Shown here piece by piece: positions 36,902-45,562 of a DNA stretch of 51,676 nucleotides. The translations under genes were made by a program, and so were the position numbers. Position 1 is the first letter of the stretch, and each line of letters starts with the position of its first letter. Source of the DNA: a phage. The notes under the pieces are model-generated. The model saw nothing but the letters and a program-made list of their open reading frames with translations. It made no database searches and was not told where the DNA came from. Location of the stretch: the sequence record PZ534514.1. One strand, given 5' to 3'.

Positions 36902-37169
36902 GCACGAAGCATTACGAAACGCGCTTGAACGCGCATATAAAAACGGATTCAGCGTACAGCGAGATCACCTTGCAGATCGTTACGGATGCGGGCGACACAT
37001 GACGCGCGTCATTGTTACCAGGCTTGATGATCCAGATCATTACGGTGAATATTTGATTGAAACGTCTAACTGTGATGAACAGGCAAGATGTATTGACTTT
37101 GAGGTTGATAACTATACCCCGCTTGATTTTGGGGTTGATGATTACGATCCGCTTGAAGATGATGAATGA
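36894..37169 (+). CDS. Hypothetical protein with strongly acidic C-terminus
   Basis: ATG at 36894 with RBS gagg; ends DFGVDDYDPLEDDE. Confidence 0.5.
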   Translation: MVKHEALRNALERAYKNGFSVQRDHLADRYGCGRHMTRVIVTRLDDPDHYGEYLIETSNCDEQARCIDFEVDNYTPLDFGVDDYDPLEDDE

Positions 37170-37181
37170 GGAGAAATAAAG

Positions 37182-37448
37182 ATGGCGCGAATCAATGCAC
37201 CTATTCCAGTTAAGCGCAAAGCACGTTTGCTCAATAACGGGTGTTACGCCATGCGGCCTGCATTTAAGGATCGCACATTTCCGGTTATCGTTAACGTGTC
37301 TCACGTAAGCCGTAGCGGTGATCTGGTATTTGTTAAAGGTGAGGATCTGTCGGCGCTTGGATTCTATGGCGGTATTTACGGTGAGGCGCTTGGATTCTGG
37401 ATTAAAGATCCGTTAACTGGCGAGCGCGAAATCGAACTCCTGGACTAA
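37182..37448 (+). CDS. Hypothetical protein
   Basis: 88-aa ORF, RBS gaggag. Confidence 0.6.
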   Translation: MARINAPIPVKRKARLLNNGCYAMRPAFKDRTFPVIVNVSHVSRSGDLVFVKGEDLSALGFYGGIYGEALGFWIKDPLTGEREIELLD

Positions 37449-37492
37449 ATAGCACTTTTTGTTAAAACTCAATCCTCGCAATCCGATATATT
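37447..37492 (+). promoter_or_regulatory. Promoter-like element, conserved motif family
   Basis: aaatagcactttttgttaaaac, 22 bp, tatatt; palindrome cctcgca/tgcgagg spans the -10; leader catcgacaacgaa. Confidence 0.55.
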
Positions 37493-37525
37493 ACACACAT
37501 CGACAACGAATGCGAGGATTTGAAA

Positions 37526-37678
37526 ATGGTTACTCTGATTACCTGGGAGCACGAAAACAGCCAGCCGGAAGTGCGCGAATTTGAAACTGTAGCGGCCTGC
37601 TACAACCTTGCGAAAAATGGCGGATTCTATAAGGCGCAAATTGTTAACGAATTTGGAGTTGTTGACTATGAGTTCTAA
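37526..37678 (+). CDS. Small hypothetical protein (50 aa)
   Basis: ATG at 37526 after RBS gagga; overlaps the next start by 11 nt; under the ORF-track size cutoff. Confidence 0.45.
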   Translation: MVTLITWEHENSQPEVREFETVAACYNLAKNGGFYKAQIVNEFGVVDYEF

Positions 37679-37949
37679 GTTTTGCAGCTATACCGATACT
37701 GTGGATTTTGATGGGATACAATTGCCCCTCCCGAACAACTACAGGTACATAACTCGTGACCGTTTCGGCTTTATCCAGGGGTGGCGGAACAAACCAACAC
37801 ACACTGAGTTCGGTATGTCTGGAGGAGAAGAGTTGCCGATCACTTTTGGGCATCAAAGCGGTGAAAATCTTCCGGTTGTTGCGCGTAAGTATCGCAGACG
37901 CAAGATCGCAAGAGCACTTATCTCTTTAACTGGATCTGTTGTTGAATAG
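37668..37949 (+). CDS. Hypothetical protein
   Basis: ATG at 37668 with RBS ggag; ORF-track start at 37608 lacks an RBS. Confidence 0.5.
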   Translation: MSSKFCSYTDTVDFDGIQLPLPNNYRYITRDRFGFIQGWRNKPTHTEFGMSGGEELPITFGHQSGENLPVVARKYRRRKIARALISLTGSVVE

Positions 37950-37989
37950 CACTTTTTGTTAAAACCGATGCGCCTCTGATTGGTATATT
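37944..37989 (+). promoter_or_regulatory. Promoter-like element, conserved motif family
   Basis: gaatagcactttttgttaaaac, 22 bp, tatatt; palindrome gatgcgc/gcgcatc; leader catcgacaacgaa. Confidence 0.55.
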
Positions 37990-38020
37990 ATGCGCATCGA
38001 CAACGAACGAGGATTTAAAA

Positions 38021-38215
38021 ATGGAAACACAGGTTGATGTTAAAGTTGTACAGCGTGACACCACTCACGAGAAAGGAATCTTTAAGAAAGGCACTATCAT
38101 CACCATTGATCTTGAGGATATGGTTGCGTATCACTCCGGCCTGACATGGAACGTTGTTAAACATGGCAATGCTTTCAAACTGTGTGGATTCAATACTTTT
38201 ATGGAGGTTGTGTAA
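38021..38215 (+). CDS. Hypothetical protein
   Basis: 64-aa ORF, RBS gaggatt. Confidence 0.55.
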   Translation: METQVDVKVVQRDTTHEKGIFKKGTIITIDLEDMVAYHSGLTWNVVKHGNAFKLCGFNTFMEVV

Positions 38216-38496
38216 TGGCCTACAAAAACAGCGATTTTAAAAACTCAGCCGAAACAATCAAGGCGAAACTCATTAAACAACGCGCTTACAGATTCTGGCT
38301 TGATTATCATGACCTAAGAAAAGAGATGGATAATCTTATCAAGACTGGTAACGCGTTCTGTTCTAACAGGACGGTTTGGCGCAATATGAATGCGCAGTAC
38401 GGTTATGGAAAAATTCGTGTATTTGGTGAGGCTGTTGAGGCGTATGTATTTAGCGCAACAAAAGCTGTGAGTTTTAACGTTGTTGGCATTAATTAG
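38215..38496 (+). CDS. Hypothetical protein
   Basis: ATG at 38215 with RBS ggagg; 93 aa. Confidence 0.55.
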   Translation: MAYKNSDFKNSAETIKAKLIKQRAYRFWLDYHDLRKEMDNLIKTGNAFCSNRTVWRNMNAQYGYGKIRVFGEAVEAYVFSATKAVSFNVVGIN

Positions 38497-38594
38497 ATGA
38501 AGCTAATAATATTCCATAATGCCTGGATGGTAGCTGTTGCAAATGATCATTATGGCGGAGACGGCAGGCGAGCAAAGCGCCATAGCTATTTCAA

Positions 38595-38640
38595 CTGATA
38601 GCACGAATTGCTAAACAATATTTCTCAAACCTGGTATAGT
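38595..38640 (+). promoter_or_regulatory. Promoter-like element (motif variant)
   Basis: ctgatagcacgaattgctaaac, 22 bp, tatagt. Confidence 0.45.
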
Positions 38641-38670
38641 TACCACGCTAAATATAATGAGGATTTCATA

Positions 38671-38898
38671 ATGAAAGCTAAAGTCACTAACATCATGCAC
38701 ACTGTTGATGCACATCACCGCGTCGCAATTAAGATGGATAAATCTTGCGGAATCAACCAGTTAACAATCACGAGCGGTAAAGGTGTGTTTGTTGTTGGCT
38801 CGCATCCAGGTAGTAAAATCCGCAAATATACGCGCGAAGAATTGATTAAACTTCTTGAAGAGAACAGCATGTTCATTGAAAGCTGGAAGGCTATCTAA
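38671..38898 (+). CDS. Hypothetical protein
   Basis: ATG at 38671 with RBS gagga; 75 aa. Confidence 0.55.
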   Translation: MKAKVTNIMHTVDAHHRVAIKMDKSCGINQLTITSGKGVFVVGSHPGSKIRKYTREELIKLLEENSMFIESWKAI

Positions 38899-38905
38899 TT
38901 AATAA

Positions 38906-38929
38906 ACGGGAGGTTTCGCCTCCCTTTAA
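38906..38929 (+). terminator. Rho-independent terminator
   Basis: Hairpin gggagg-tttcg-cctccc followed by ttt. Confidence 0.55.
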
Positions 38930-38944
38930 ATAAAGGTGATAATA

Positions 38945-39058
38945 ATGATGAAATTTCTTGATATTTTATTTGGTGTGATGATTGGCATTGTTGGTCTTTT
39001 AGTTGTCACTGCTGGTATTGCTATTATTCTGATTGTTATCAAGGAGTTTATGAAATGA
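38945..39058 (+). CDS. Small hydrophobic peptide (37 aa, single transmembrane helix)
   Basis: ATG at 38945 with RBS aaaggtga; stop overlaps the next start (ATGA). Confidence 0.4.
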   Translation: MMKFLDILFGVMIGIVGLLVVTAGIAIILIVIKEFMK

Positions 39059-39279
39059 GCCAGGACGGATTTTTTGAGCGACTGCAAAAAGCGGAAGATG
39101 CTGGGCTGAATAAAGAGGCCGCTCTTGAAGTTGCATATAAGATCAGAACGCTTGATGATGCGCTTGGTGAAATGGATATGGATCATGAATGCGGCGCTGC
39201 ATTTGCAGATCCAACTATGATTGTTAATGATTGTGGTTGCAATTTTGATCCGAACTGTCCTAGATGCTTTCCGTTTTGA
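39055..39279 (+). CDS. Hypothetical protein, Cys-rich C-terminus
   Basis: 74 aa; HECG...CGCNFDPNCPRC. Confidence 0.55.
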   Translation: MSQDGFFERLQKAEDAGLNKEAALEVAYKIRTLDDALGEMDMDHECGAAFADPTMIVNDCGCNFDPNCPRCFPF

Positions 39280-39288
39280 GGTGATGAA

Positions 39289-39999
39289 ATGTATAAAGGT
39301 TTAATATTCTCTTTGTTTGATGGATCTGGTAAGGCCGTTAAAGATTGGGCTGATGCTGGATATAAATGCATTTGCTTTAATGCTGACGGTGGCGATCACG
39401 GTGATTACCAGTCAGTGCGCATAATCCATGACAATATCTTTTACGTTAACGTGTGGATTGATGATCTATTCAAATATACCGCAAAACTTGAAAATTGGGG
39501 TAAGCCTGATTTTATTATGGCGTTCCCTCCATGCACTGACCTTGCAAATAGCGGATCTCGCCATTGGGCTAAAAAACGCATTGAGAATCCATCGTTCCAG
39601 GATGAAGCCGCCAACACTTGCAAAATAGCGGCGCAAATTGCTGATTATTTCGGTGTTCCGTACATGATAGAGAATCCTGTAGGCAAGCTGTCAACGCTAT
39701 GGCGCAAGCCTGATTATACGTTCCATCCGTGCGATTATGCTGGCTATCTGCCGGAAGATGATAAACATCCCGACTTTCCTGATATTATTCCGGCGCGGGA
39801 TCGGTACTTTAAGAAAACATGCCTTTGGACTGGAAACGGATTTGTTATTCCTCCGCGCGCAACAATCATTCCTAAAGATGGCGACAAGGATAATCCAGGT
39901 TGGGCCAAAACTGGCGGAAAATCATCTCGCACAAAGATGATCCGCTCCCTCACTCCGCGCGGTTTTGCTCGCGCAGTCTTTGAAGCAAACGCAAAATAG
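39289..39999 (+). CDS. Putative DNA cytosine-C5 methyltransferase-like protein (tentative)
   Basis: Motif I-like FSLFDGSG, PC-motif-like AFPPCTDLANSG, ENV-like MIENPVG; RBS gaggtga; only 236 aa. Confidence 0.5.
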   Translation: MYKGLIFSLFDGSGKAVKDWADAGYKCICFNADGGDHGDYQSVRIIHDNIFYVNVWIDDLFKYTAKLENWGKPDFIMAFPPCTDLANSGSRHWAKKRIENPSFQDEAANTCKIAAQIADYFGVPYMIENPVGKLSTLWRKPDYTFHPCDYAGYLPEDDKHPDFPDIIPARDRYFKKTCLWTGNGFVIPPRATIIPKDGDKDNPGWAKTGGKSSRTKMIRSLTPRGFARAVFEANAK

Positions 40000-40039
40000 C
40001 ACTTTTTGTTAAAAGCCAGGTGTAAAAGCCTGGCATAAT
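39993..40039 (+). promoter_or_regulatory. Promoter-like element, conserved motif family
   Basis: aaaatagcactttttgttaaaag, hairpin gccagg/cctggc in spacer, cataat. Confidence 0.55.
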
Positions 40040-40070
40040 CACTTCACCGAAACGAAAGGAGAAATAAACG

Positions 40071-40457
40071 ATGAAAGTTATCTGCAATAAAACCAACGTT
40101 TTGATGAACGGTCGTTATAAAGCTGTATACGAAAAAATCGCTGGTAGCGATGATGTGATCGAGTTGGAACAATTCCAGGTAAAGAGCATTACAAAGGGTA
40201 GTAAGTGGCAAAACGCTGTTGAGTCTGACTATCGTCATATCAAGACAAAAACAATTAAATGCACCTTTGTAGATCACAAGATCCCGTGTAAAAAGCATTT
40301 CAAAGAAGGGAAGCGTTACCAGATTGAGCAAGGTCGCGCGCTTGGCGCTGTTGCTGGTTATGTGTTTGATGAGGCTGGCGACCGCTGGACGCTATACCGC
40401 GAAGAGGTTGGATTTTCCGCTGGTGGCTGTCATTTGTTTGAGGCTATGTATAAGTGA
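40071..40457 (+). CDS. Hypothetical protein
   Basis: 128-aa ORF, RBS aaggag. Confidence 0.6.
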   Translation: MKVICNKTNVLMNGRYKAVYEKIAGSDDVIELEQFQVKSITKGSKWQNAVESDYRHIKTKTIKCTFVDHKIPCKKHFKEGKRYQIEQGRALGAVAGYVFDEAGDRWTLYREEVGFSAGGCHLFEAMYK

Positions 40458-40675
40458 TCAAGGCTGAATATCGCTATAAGGTGACTCATTCAGCAACAAA
40501 AACCTTCAATCCTGGCGATATAGTCAGGCCAATAAAGAAAACAATGGTTGGGTGGCTGATTGGATTATCATATCACAAATCACTTTACTTTGATTTTGTT
40601 GATTCCGTAACCGCGCATTGCTATAGCGCAAGGGAACCAGAAAAAATCTTAGTTAGCATAGAGCGGATCAAATAG
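40454..40675 (+). CDS. Hypothetical protein
   Basis: 73-aa ORF with ATGA overlap. Confidence 0.5.
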   Translation: MIKAEYRYKVTHSATKTFNPGDIVRPIKKTMVGWLIGLSYHKSLYFDFVDSVTAHCYSAREPEKILVSIERIK

Positions 40676-40715
40676 CATTTTTTGTTAAATGCGGGTAGCA
40701 TTGGTGCGGTATTAT
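40670..40715 (+). promoter_or_regulatory. Promoter-like element, conserved motif family
   Basis: aaatagcattttttgttaaat, 22 bp, tattat, with palindrome tgcggtattattgccgca over the -10. Confidence 0.5.
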
Positions 40716-40743
40716 TGCCGCATCAAAAAAGGAGTTATCATCA

Positions 40744-42327
40744 ATGAATTTTTCGTTTGAAACCAATAAACTAACACCAAAACAAATTATCGAATTAGCT
40801 GATGCACAAGGATTGTCTCCGGTGCGCGTGTCCATTCAGGCAAACGGATACCGTCAATCGTCCAGCTTTTGGGGTGAGGTTAATGATGTTAATAACGGAA
40901 ACGATCGCTACCCTGTAATTTCTCTTGGCAATGATGTTGATGTTGTTGGAAAGTTGGCGCGCAACATTGCTCGATCTGTTCAATTCCCTGAATCATCGGC
41001 ATATATGCATTTTATCGGATGTGTGTCTGCTGCAATGCTTGGACGCTTCACTGTTGAGTATCACGGAACGGATCAGCCGACCGCTCTTTATGTTGTTACA
41101 AGCCAGCCTCCTTCAACTGGTAAATCTGCCGTTAACAGCCTGGCACTTGCTCCAATGGTTGCGGAAGTGGAAAGAATTAACGATCAGCGAAAGAAGGAAA
41201 GAAAAAAGATTCAGGCAAAGTTGGCAGGTCTTACAAAAGAGATGAAAAGCGAGCGCTCCGGCGCTGATATGGAATCTCTGTACCAGGAGAAAGAAGATCT
41301 GGAAGAAAAACTGGAAAAGATGTGTGACATCGTTTTCCCTGTGTCCGACACAACGCCGGAAGGACTTGCAAGAATCAACAATCGCCAGGGTAACTTTGCT
41401 GTGATTTCAGACGAGGCAACGAGTATTAACAGCCTTTTAGGTCTGACATATGCCAATAGCGAACGTAAAACCAACAGCGAACTTGTGCTGAAAGCATGGG
41501 ATCATGGTCATGTTTCTATAGCTCGTGCAAACGCTGACAACAATATGAGTTTTAAAGCTCTTGGCTGTATGGCGGTAATTGCCCAGGATGAAACAATCAA
41601 TGCCATCATGGATGCAGGATCGCGCGGTATCGGTGTAAGTGAGCGTTATTTGCTTGTGCGTGAGGAATCATTTTTAGGTCGTCGAAAGTTTGTTGATGAT
41701 AACGGTGATTCGACTTATGAGCCTGTTGATGGAGAACTGAAAAGTCAATATTTTAAGCTGATCCATAACATCATGAGTGAATCAAACATCCAGCTTAAGA
41801 TCAGCAAATCAGCAATGCGAGTTCTTAACATGGCTCGTCAGGAGATGGAGCCGCACCTTGCTGATGGAGGAAAGTATTCGCATACAATGCTGCGCGGTGC
41901 GCTTGGAAAAATGGATAAGCAGGTGATCAGGATTGCTTCGGTTTTGCACACTATCCGCAATTGGTTTAATCCTGGCGGATACCCTCAAAAGTCGAAAGAG
42001 ATTGAGGTTGAAACCGTTCAGGAAGCATTGCTGATGTTTAGCGAGTTGAGCAAAACATACATTAGCGCCGCCAACGCTTCTGGCTACGCTGGTGATGATG
42101 CTGAAATGGGTAAACTAATCGAGATCATCACTCGACACGGCAAGGCTAATAAGGGAATCTTGAATGTTCGCGCCATATATGAGGCTGCACGAAAAGTTAA
42201 GCCGTTTGTTGGTCAGGCTGGCGTAATGAAGCGCATGGAAACGCAACTGCTTCCGATGCTTGAGGAAAGAAATTATATTTGTGTGATTAATGGCGTTGTT
42301 TTCGTAAATCCAACATTGCTGGGGTAA
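40744..42327 (+). CDS. P-loop NTPase-like early protein of unknown function (527 aa)
   Basis: RBS aaaggag; Walker A-like SQPPSTGKSAV; charged coiled-coil segment after it. Confidence 0.7.
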   Translation: MNFSFETNKLTPKQIIELADAQGLSPVRVSIQANGYRQSSSFWGEVNDVNNGNDRYPVISLGNDVDVVGKLARNIARSVQFPESSAYMHFIGCVSAAMLGRFTVEYHGTDQPTALYVVTSQPPSTGKSAVNSLALAPMVAEVERINDQRKKERKKIQAKLAGLTKEMKSERSGADMESLYQEKEDLEEKLEKMCDIVFPVSDTTPEGLARINNRQGNFAVISDEATSINSLLGLTYANSERKTNSELVLKAWDHGHVSIARANADNNMSFKALGCMAVIAQDETINAIMDAGSRGIGVSERYLLVREESFLGRRKFVDDNGDSTYEPVDGELKSQYFKLIHNIMSESNIQLKISKSAMRVLNMARQEMEPHLADGGKYSHTMLRGALGKMDKQVIRIASVLHTIRNWFNPGGYPQKSKEIEVETVQEALLMFSELSKTYISAANASGYAGDDAEMGKLIEIITRHGKANKGILNVRAIYEAARKVKPFVGQAGVMKRMETQLLPMLEERNYICVINGVVFVNPTLLG

Positions 42328-42329
42328 TT

Positions 42330-42722
42330 ATGTTTCTTCTGGATCTGTATCGCTGGTGTGAGTCATTCGAATGGTTTACACGTCAACATATAGCAAAATT
42401 TGTCTTTCAGCATAGAGAATGTGAGCGGCTCGCAAGGGCCGCAGGATTTACGCCGAGAATGTTTGCGACTGCCGTTTCAAAAGAGTTTTGCGCAAGAATG
42501 ATGACCGCTGGTTATCTTGATGGAGTTGGTGGAAAGTTCTGGTGTAAGAAAGGATCAGCAAATCGACCTTTCTCGTTTGAACTTTACAGCCTTGAAGGTA
42601 TGCAAAACGAATGGGTAAGGGATGTTTTAAGGATCGGAGAAATGAGCGATGAAGAATTGTTTACGTCAAATGCTAATAGACAAAATATTGAAGTTCTGCG
42701 CCGTAAGTTCAATCTCACATGA
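42330..42722 (+). CDS. Hypothetical protein
   Basis: 130-aa ORF immediately after the 527-aa gene. Confidence 0.55.
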   Translation: MFLLDLYRWCESFEWFTRQHIAKFVFQHRECERLARAAGFTPRMFATAVSKEFCARMMTAGYLDGVGGKFWCKKGSANRPFSFELYSLEGMQNEWVRDVLRIGEMSDEELFTSNANRQNIEVLRRKFNLT

Positions 42723-42843
42723 TGACTTCATGCACGCAATGTTAACACTCATTCATTCTGACATGCGAGCGTTTGATATATCAGAGCATAATTTGTGTGA
42801 TGATGACGGCGTTTTATTGGTTACTGTAAAGCGTATTGAATAA

Positions 42844-42870
42844 CAAAGGAGGCGTTAAGCCTCCTTTTTG
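42844..42870. terminator. Bidirectional terminator
   Basis: Hairpin aggaggcgttaagcctcct flanked by A-rich and T-run sequence; overlaps the spanin stop. Confidence 0.65.
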
Positions 42871-43253
42871 TTGCCTTTGCGGTAGGAAAAGTAAAGCATA
42901 GTCAAAAGACCACTGAAAATTGCAGCGCAATAGATTATAGGATCGTACCACTTCCTTTGCTCACCCTGCACGACCTGGATTTTATCAGCCTTGATGGTGT
43001 TAGCCTGAATGGTTGATGTAGTGAAATCCTTCTTGCTGGACGTGTCCACCTTATCAACCGCAGATTCCTTTATTGTAGTTTCCTGTTTTGTACTGGTATC
43101 CTGCTTTGCGGTAACGCCAACGGTCTGCTTTACGTTCTCCGCTCCTGCCTGTGCTGTGATTTCCGGCTTACTACCGATTAATCCGGTCAGTGGCGTAACG
43201 CTTGAACATCCAGACAAAATAACAGCGATCGCGATTGCTGATAACTTTCTCAT
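42855..43253 (-). CDS. Unimolecular spanin (T1 gp11-like)
   Basis: N-terminal lipobox ILSGCSS plus C-terminal transmembrane helix IIYCAAIFSGLLTMLYFSY; directly downstream of the endolysin. Confidence 0.75.
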   Translation of the reverse strand: MRKLSAIAIAVILSGCSSVTPLTGLIGSKPEITAQAGAENVKQTVGVTAKQDTSTKQETTIKESAVDKVDTSSKKDFTTSTIQANTIKADKIQVVQGEQRKWYDPIIYCAAIFSGLLTMLYFSYRKGNKKEA

Positions 43254-43255
43254 GA

Positions 43256-43744
43256 TTACAGATCCTTAATGCAATATTTAAATTCCACCGCGCGGCGGTT
43301 GCGCAGTCCTTTAGACGTTTCTTTCTTTCCCGTTTTTGGATTTGTGTATTTTGTCCATCGCCATAACTGATTGCACGCTTCCATATAACGACCGTTATTA
43401 ATCAGCTTAAGCATGGTTGAATTTCTAAAAGCACCAGTGCCAGCATTGTATGTGAATGAATACATTGCCGCGCGCATTGTATCAGGAATGTCAACCTTTA
43501 CACGCTTATCAACTTCATCCTTTGCGATCTTAATATGCTTTGCCAGTAGCGCATCGCACTCTCTCTGTGTGTACGTTTTGCCTGGTATTACGTCAGGTCC
43601 AGTTATTCCGGCGCAAACCGTCAATATCCCAGCAATATCTTTGTACGGCTTATGTTTTACTCCTTCTATTTCCTCCAGTAGCGGAGAAGTAATGGCAAGA
43701 GCAACGCCAAAAGCCGCAGCGGTCACTCTTTGTTTTATACTCAT
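43256..43744 (-). CDS. SAR endolysin (GH24 lysozyme-like)
   Basis: N-terminal weakly hydrophobic segment [16 protein letters not shown], then Glu/Asp/Thr catalytic pattern (EEIEG...[13 protein letters not shown]). Confidence 0.8.
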   Translation of the reverse strand: MSIKQRVTAAAFGVALAITSPLLEEIEGVKHKPYKDIAGILTVCAGITGPDVIPGKTYTQRECDALLAKHIKIAKDEVDKRVKVDIPDTMRAAMYSFTYNAGTGAFRNSTMLKLINNGRYMEACNQLWRWTKYTNPKTGKKETSKGLRNRRAVEFKYCIKDL

Positions 43745-43959
43745 TATTTACCTCTGATCTCAATAGCTTTCTTAATATCACCGCATTCAAGCGCGTCACG
43801 TAGCGCCTTACTATCACGCCAGCGAAGATAAGCGCCCCACATACCAAATGCAGCCATCAAAACTAAGCTGGCTATTGCGATTGTTGTTTGACCAGTAACC
43901 GCGCCAGTGATTGACGCGCCGCCAGTGCCGGAAGTTGCAGCGTTTAAAAAATCTTTCAT
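43744..43959 (-). CDS. Holin (pinholin-like)
   Basis: 71 aa with transmembrane segment(s) and charged C-terminus; ATGA overlap with the endolysin. Confidence 0.7.
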   Translation of the reverse strand: MKDFLNAATSGTGGASITGAVTGQTTIAIASLVLMAAFGMWGAYLRWRDSKALRDALECGDIKKAIEIRGK

Positions 43960-44105
43960 GATTAGATCTCCTGTATATAAAAGTCAACAATTAATTGATT
44001 GTATCCTAACCATTGAACGCACAAAAAGGAATAAAAAAAGGGCGAAGCAAAATGCCACGCCCAATTAAATTGATGATTTATATTTATATTTCAATGATTA
44101 AAAGT

Positions 44106-45221
44106 TCAACCAGCCATTTCTGGATAATGCATAAATCGCCCGACTTCTCCGTATTCTTTATCGTAAACAATAACAGCCGCACGGCGACGAGAACGCCACC
44201 CACCGCGCGCCGCATATGCATCTTTTGCCGCCATAGTGCTATGCACTTCAACAATGCCCAGGCTTGTTTCAGTTACTGTCTGATGATGCCAGTGCCCTAC
44301 GTGAGCATACATCATTTTTGAATTGCCGAAGTCTTCGCGCCAGTCTGCCGCGCACATCATTAGCAATGTTTCAGGTTTGCGGATAGTATGCCCGTGATGG
44401 TATGCCAGGAACGTTTTGCCATATTGTGTGTGATGAACTACTCGCGGAGACACATCAACATGCACACGCGGCTCATTCTCATATGCTGCCGCCATTGCTG
44501 CGCGCAACCAGATCATGCCGCTTTGGTCGTGGTTTCCTTCAATAATCTGAATCTCGACGTTTTTGTGTTTTGATAACAGCTTTGTAATTGCTCGACGCAC
44601 TGACCGAATGGCAACGTAGACCAGTTTTGCGTATCGACTATCTTGATCCAATACGTGACCGCTTGCAGGTGTTACCGCTTCCAGTCCGTCGCTGTGAAGC
44701 ATATCACCACCAATCAGCAAGACAGCTTTTTCACTATCCGGCGCGCACTGGATGGAATAATCAATGAAATTATTCATTACGCGCTCTGCTGTTGCTGTAT
44801 CCCAATTCTCGCCGCATTCATGCTTATGCGCCATTGCTCCCAGGTGCATATCAAAGATCGGATACAGTGATAACGTCTCGCTATAATCATTTTGTGATTC
44901 TTGCTGTGGATCAAGTCGAGGAACTTCTTCGCTAAATGCATCCATAGCGGCCTGCATTAATGCTTCTAACTGTTCGCGGTCCTTACTTGTCTTAACCCAT
45001 GTCATAACCACATTGCCATCTTTATCAATTAGCTTTGATTCTCCAGTAACACCAAAACCAGGTGATCCGATGGTTGTAACTTTACCTTGCTTTGCTAATC
45101 GTGCCGCGCGGCGCTCAATGCTGCGAACGTTCATACCATACTCATTAGCGATCTGCTTATATGTCTTTCCCTGCTTGCGCTCATTGATAAATTGTTCATC
45201 TGTGATTTTGATTTGCTTCAT
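44106..45221 (-). CDS. Calcineurin-like metallophosphoesterase with N-terminal HTH
   Basis: ATG at 45221 with RBS aaggag; GDMLHSDG and EGNHDQ motifs; HTH-like YKQIANEYGMNVRSIERR. Confidence 0.7.
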   Translation of the reverse strand: MKQIKITDEQFINERKQGKTYKQIANEYGMNVRSIERRAARLAKQGKVTTIGSPGFGVTGESKLIDKDGNVVMTWVKTSKDREQLEALMQAAMDAFSEEVPRLDPQQESQNDYSETLSLYPIFDMHLGAMAHKHECGENWDTATAERVMNNFIDYSIQCAPDSEKAVLLIGGDMLHSDGLEAVTPASGHVLDQDSRYAKLVYVAIRSVRRAITKLLSKHKNVEIQIIEGNHDQSGMIWLRAAMAAAYENEPRVHVDVSPRVVHHTQYGKTFLAYHHGHTIRKPETLLMMCAADWREDFGNSKMMYAHVGHWHHQTVTETSLGIVEVHSTMAAKDAYAARGGWRSRRRAAVIVYDKEYGEVGRFMHYPEMAG

Positions 45222-45319
45222 CAAAAATTCTCCTTATCTCATTATGACAACATATACAATAGAGATCGCCATCATAACAGGTAAGGGCAAAAGTAACAAA
45301 CGCCACATGATAACAATCC

Positions 45320-45562
45320 TCATTTGTAGTATTTGCGCGGCTCGCGAATTTTCGCCATAGCCTCTTTGAAATCAATCTTTGTTGGTATTGCAGGTACGCG
45401 ATGCATTTTGCGCGGTCGTTCATTGAGAAATGTCATTTTGTCGCCGCTTATAATGCTTATGTCAGCAATATCAAAATATTTTGCTATCCTGGCTATATCT
45501 TCAGAGATCCCACACTCCTTTGCGTGATCCCATACGGCCTGCCTACCTTGTTCAACCTTCAT
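45320..45562 (-). CDS. Hypothetical protein
   Basis: ATG at 45562 overlapping the upstream small ORF stop; 80 aa. Confidence 0.45.
   Translation of the reverse strand: MKVEQGRQAVWDHAKECGISEDIARIAKYFDIADISIISGDKMTFLNERPRKMHRVPAIPTKIDFKEAMAKIREPRKYYK

Noticed and set aside
38926-39186. Minus-strand ORF 38926-39186
   Set aside because: Antisense to two coupled plus-strand genes that have RBSs; translation is low-complexity Ile-rich.
42649-42843. ORF 42649-42843 (+), 64 aa
   Set aside because: Overlaps the preceding gene by 74 nt and lacks an RBS at any candidate start; left out of the feature list as uncertain.
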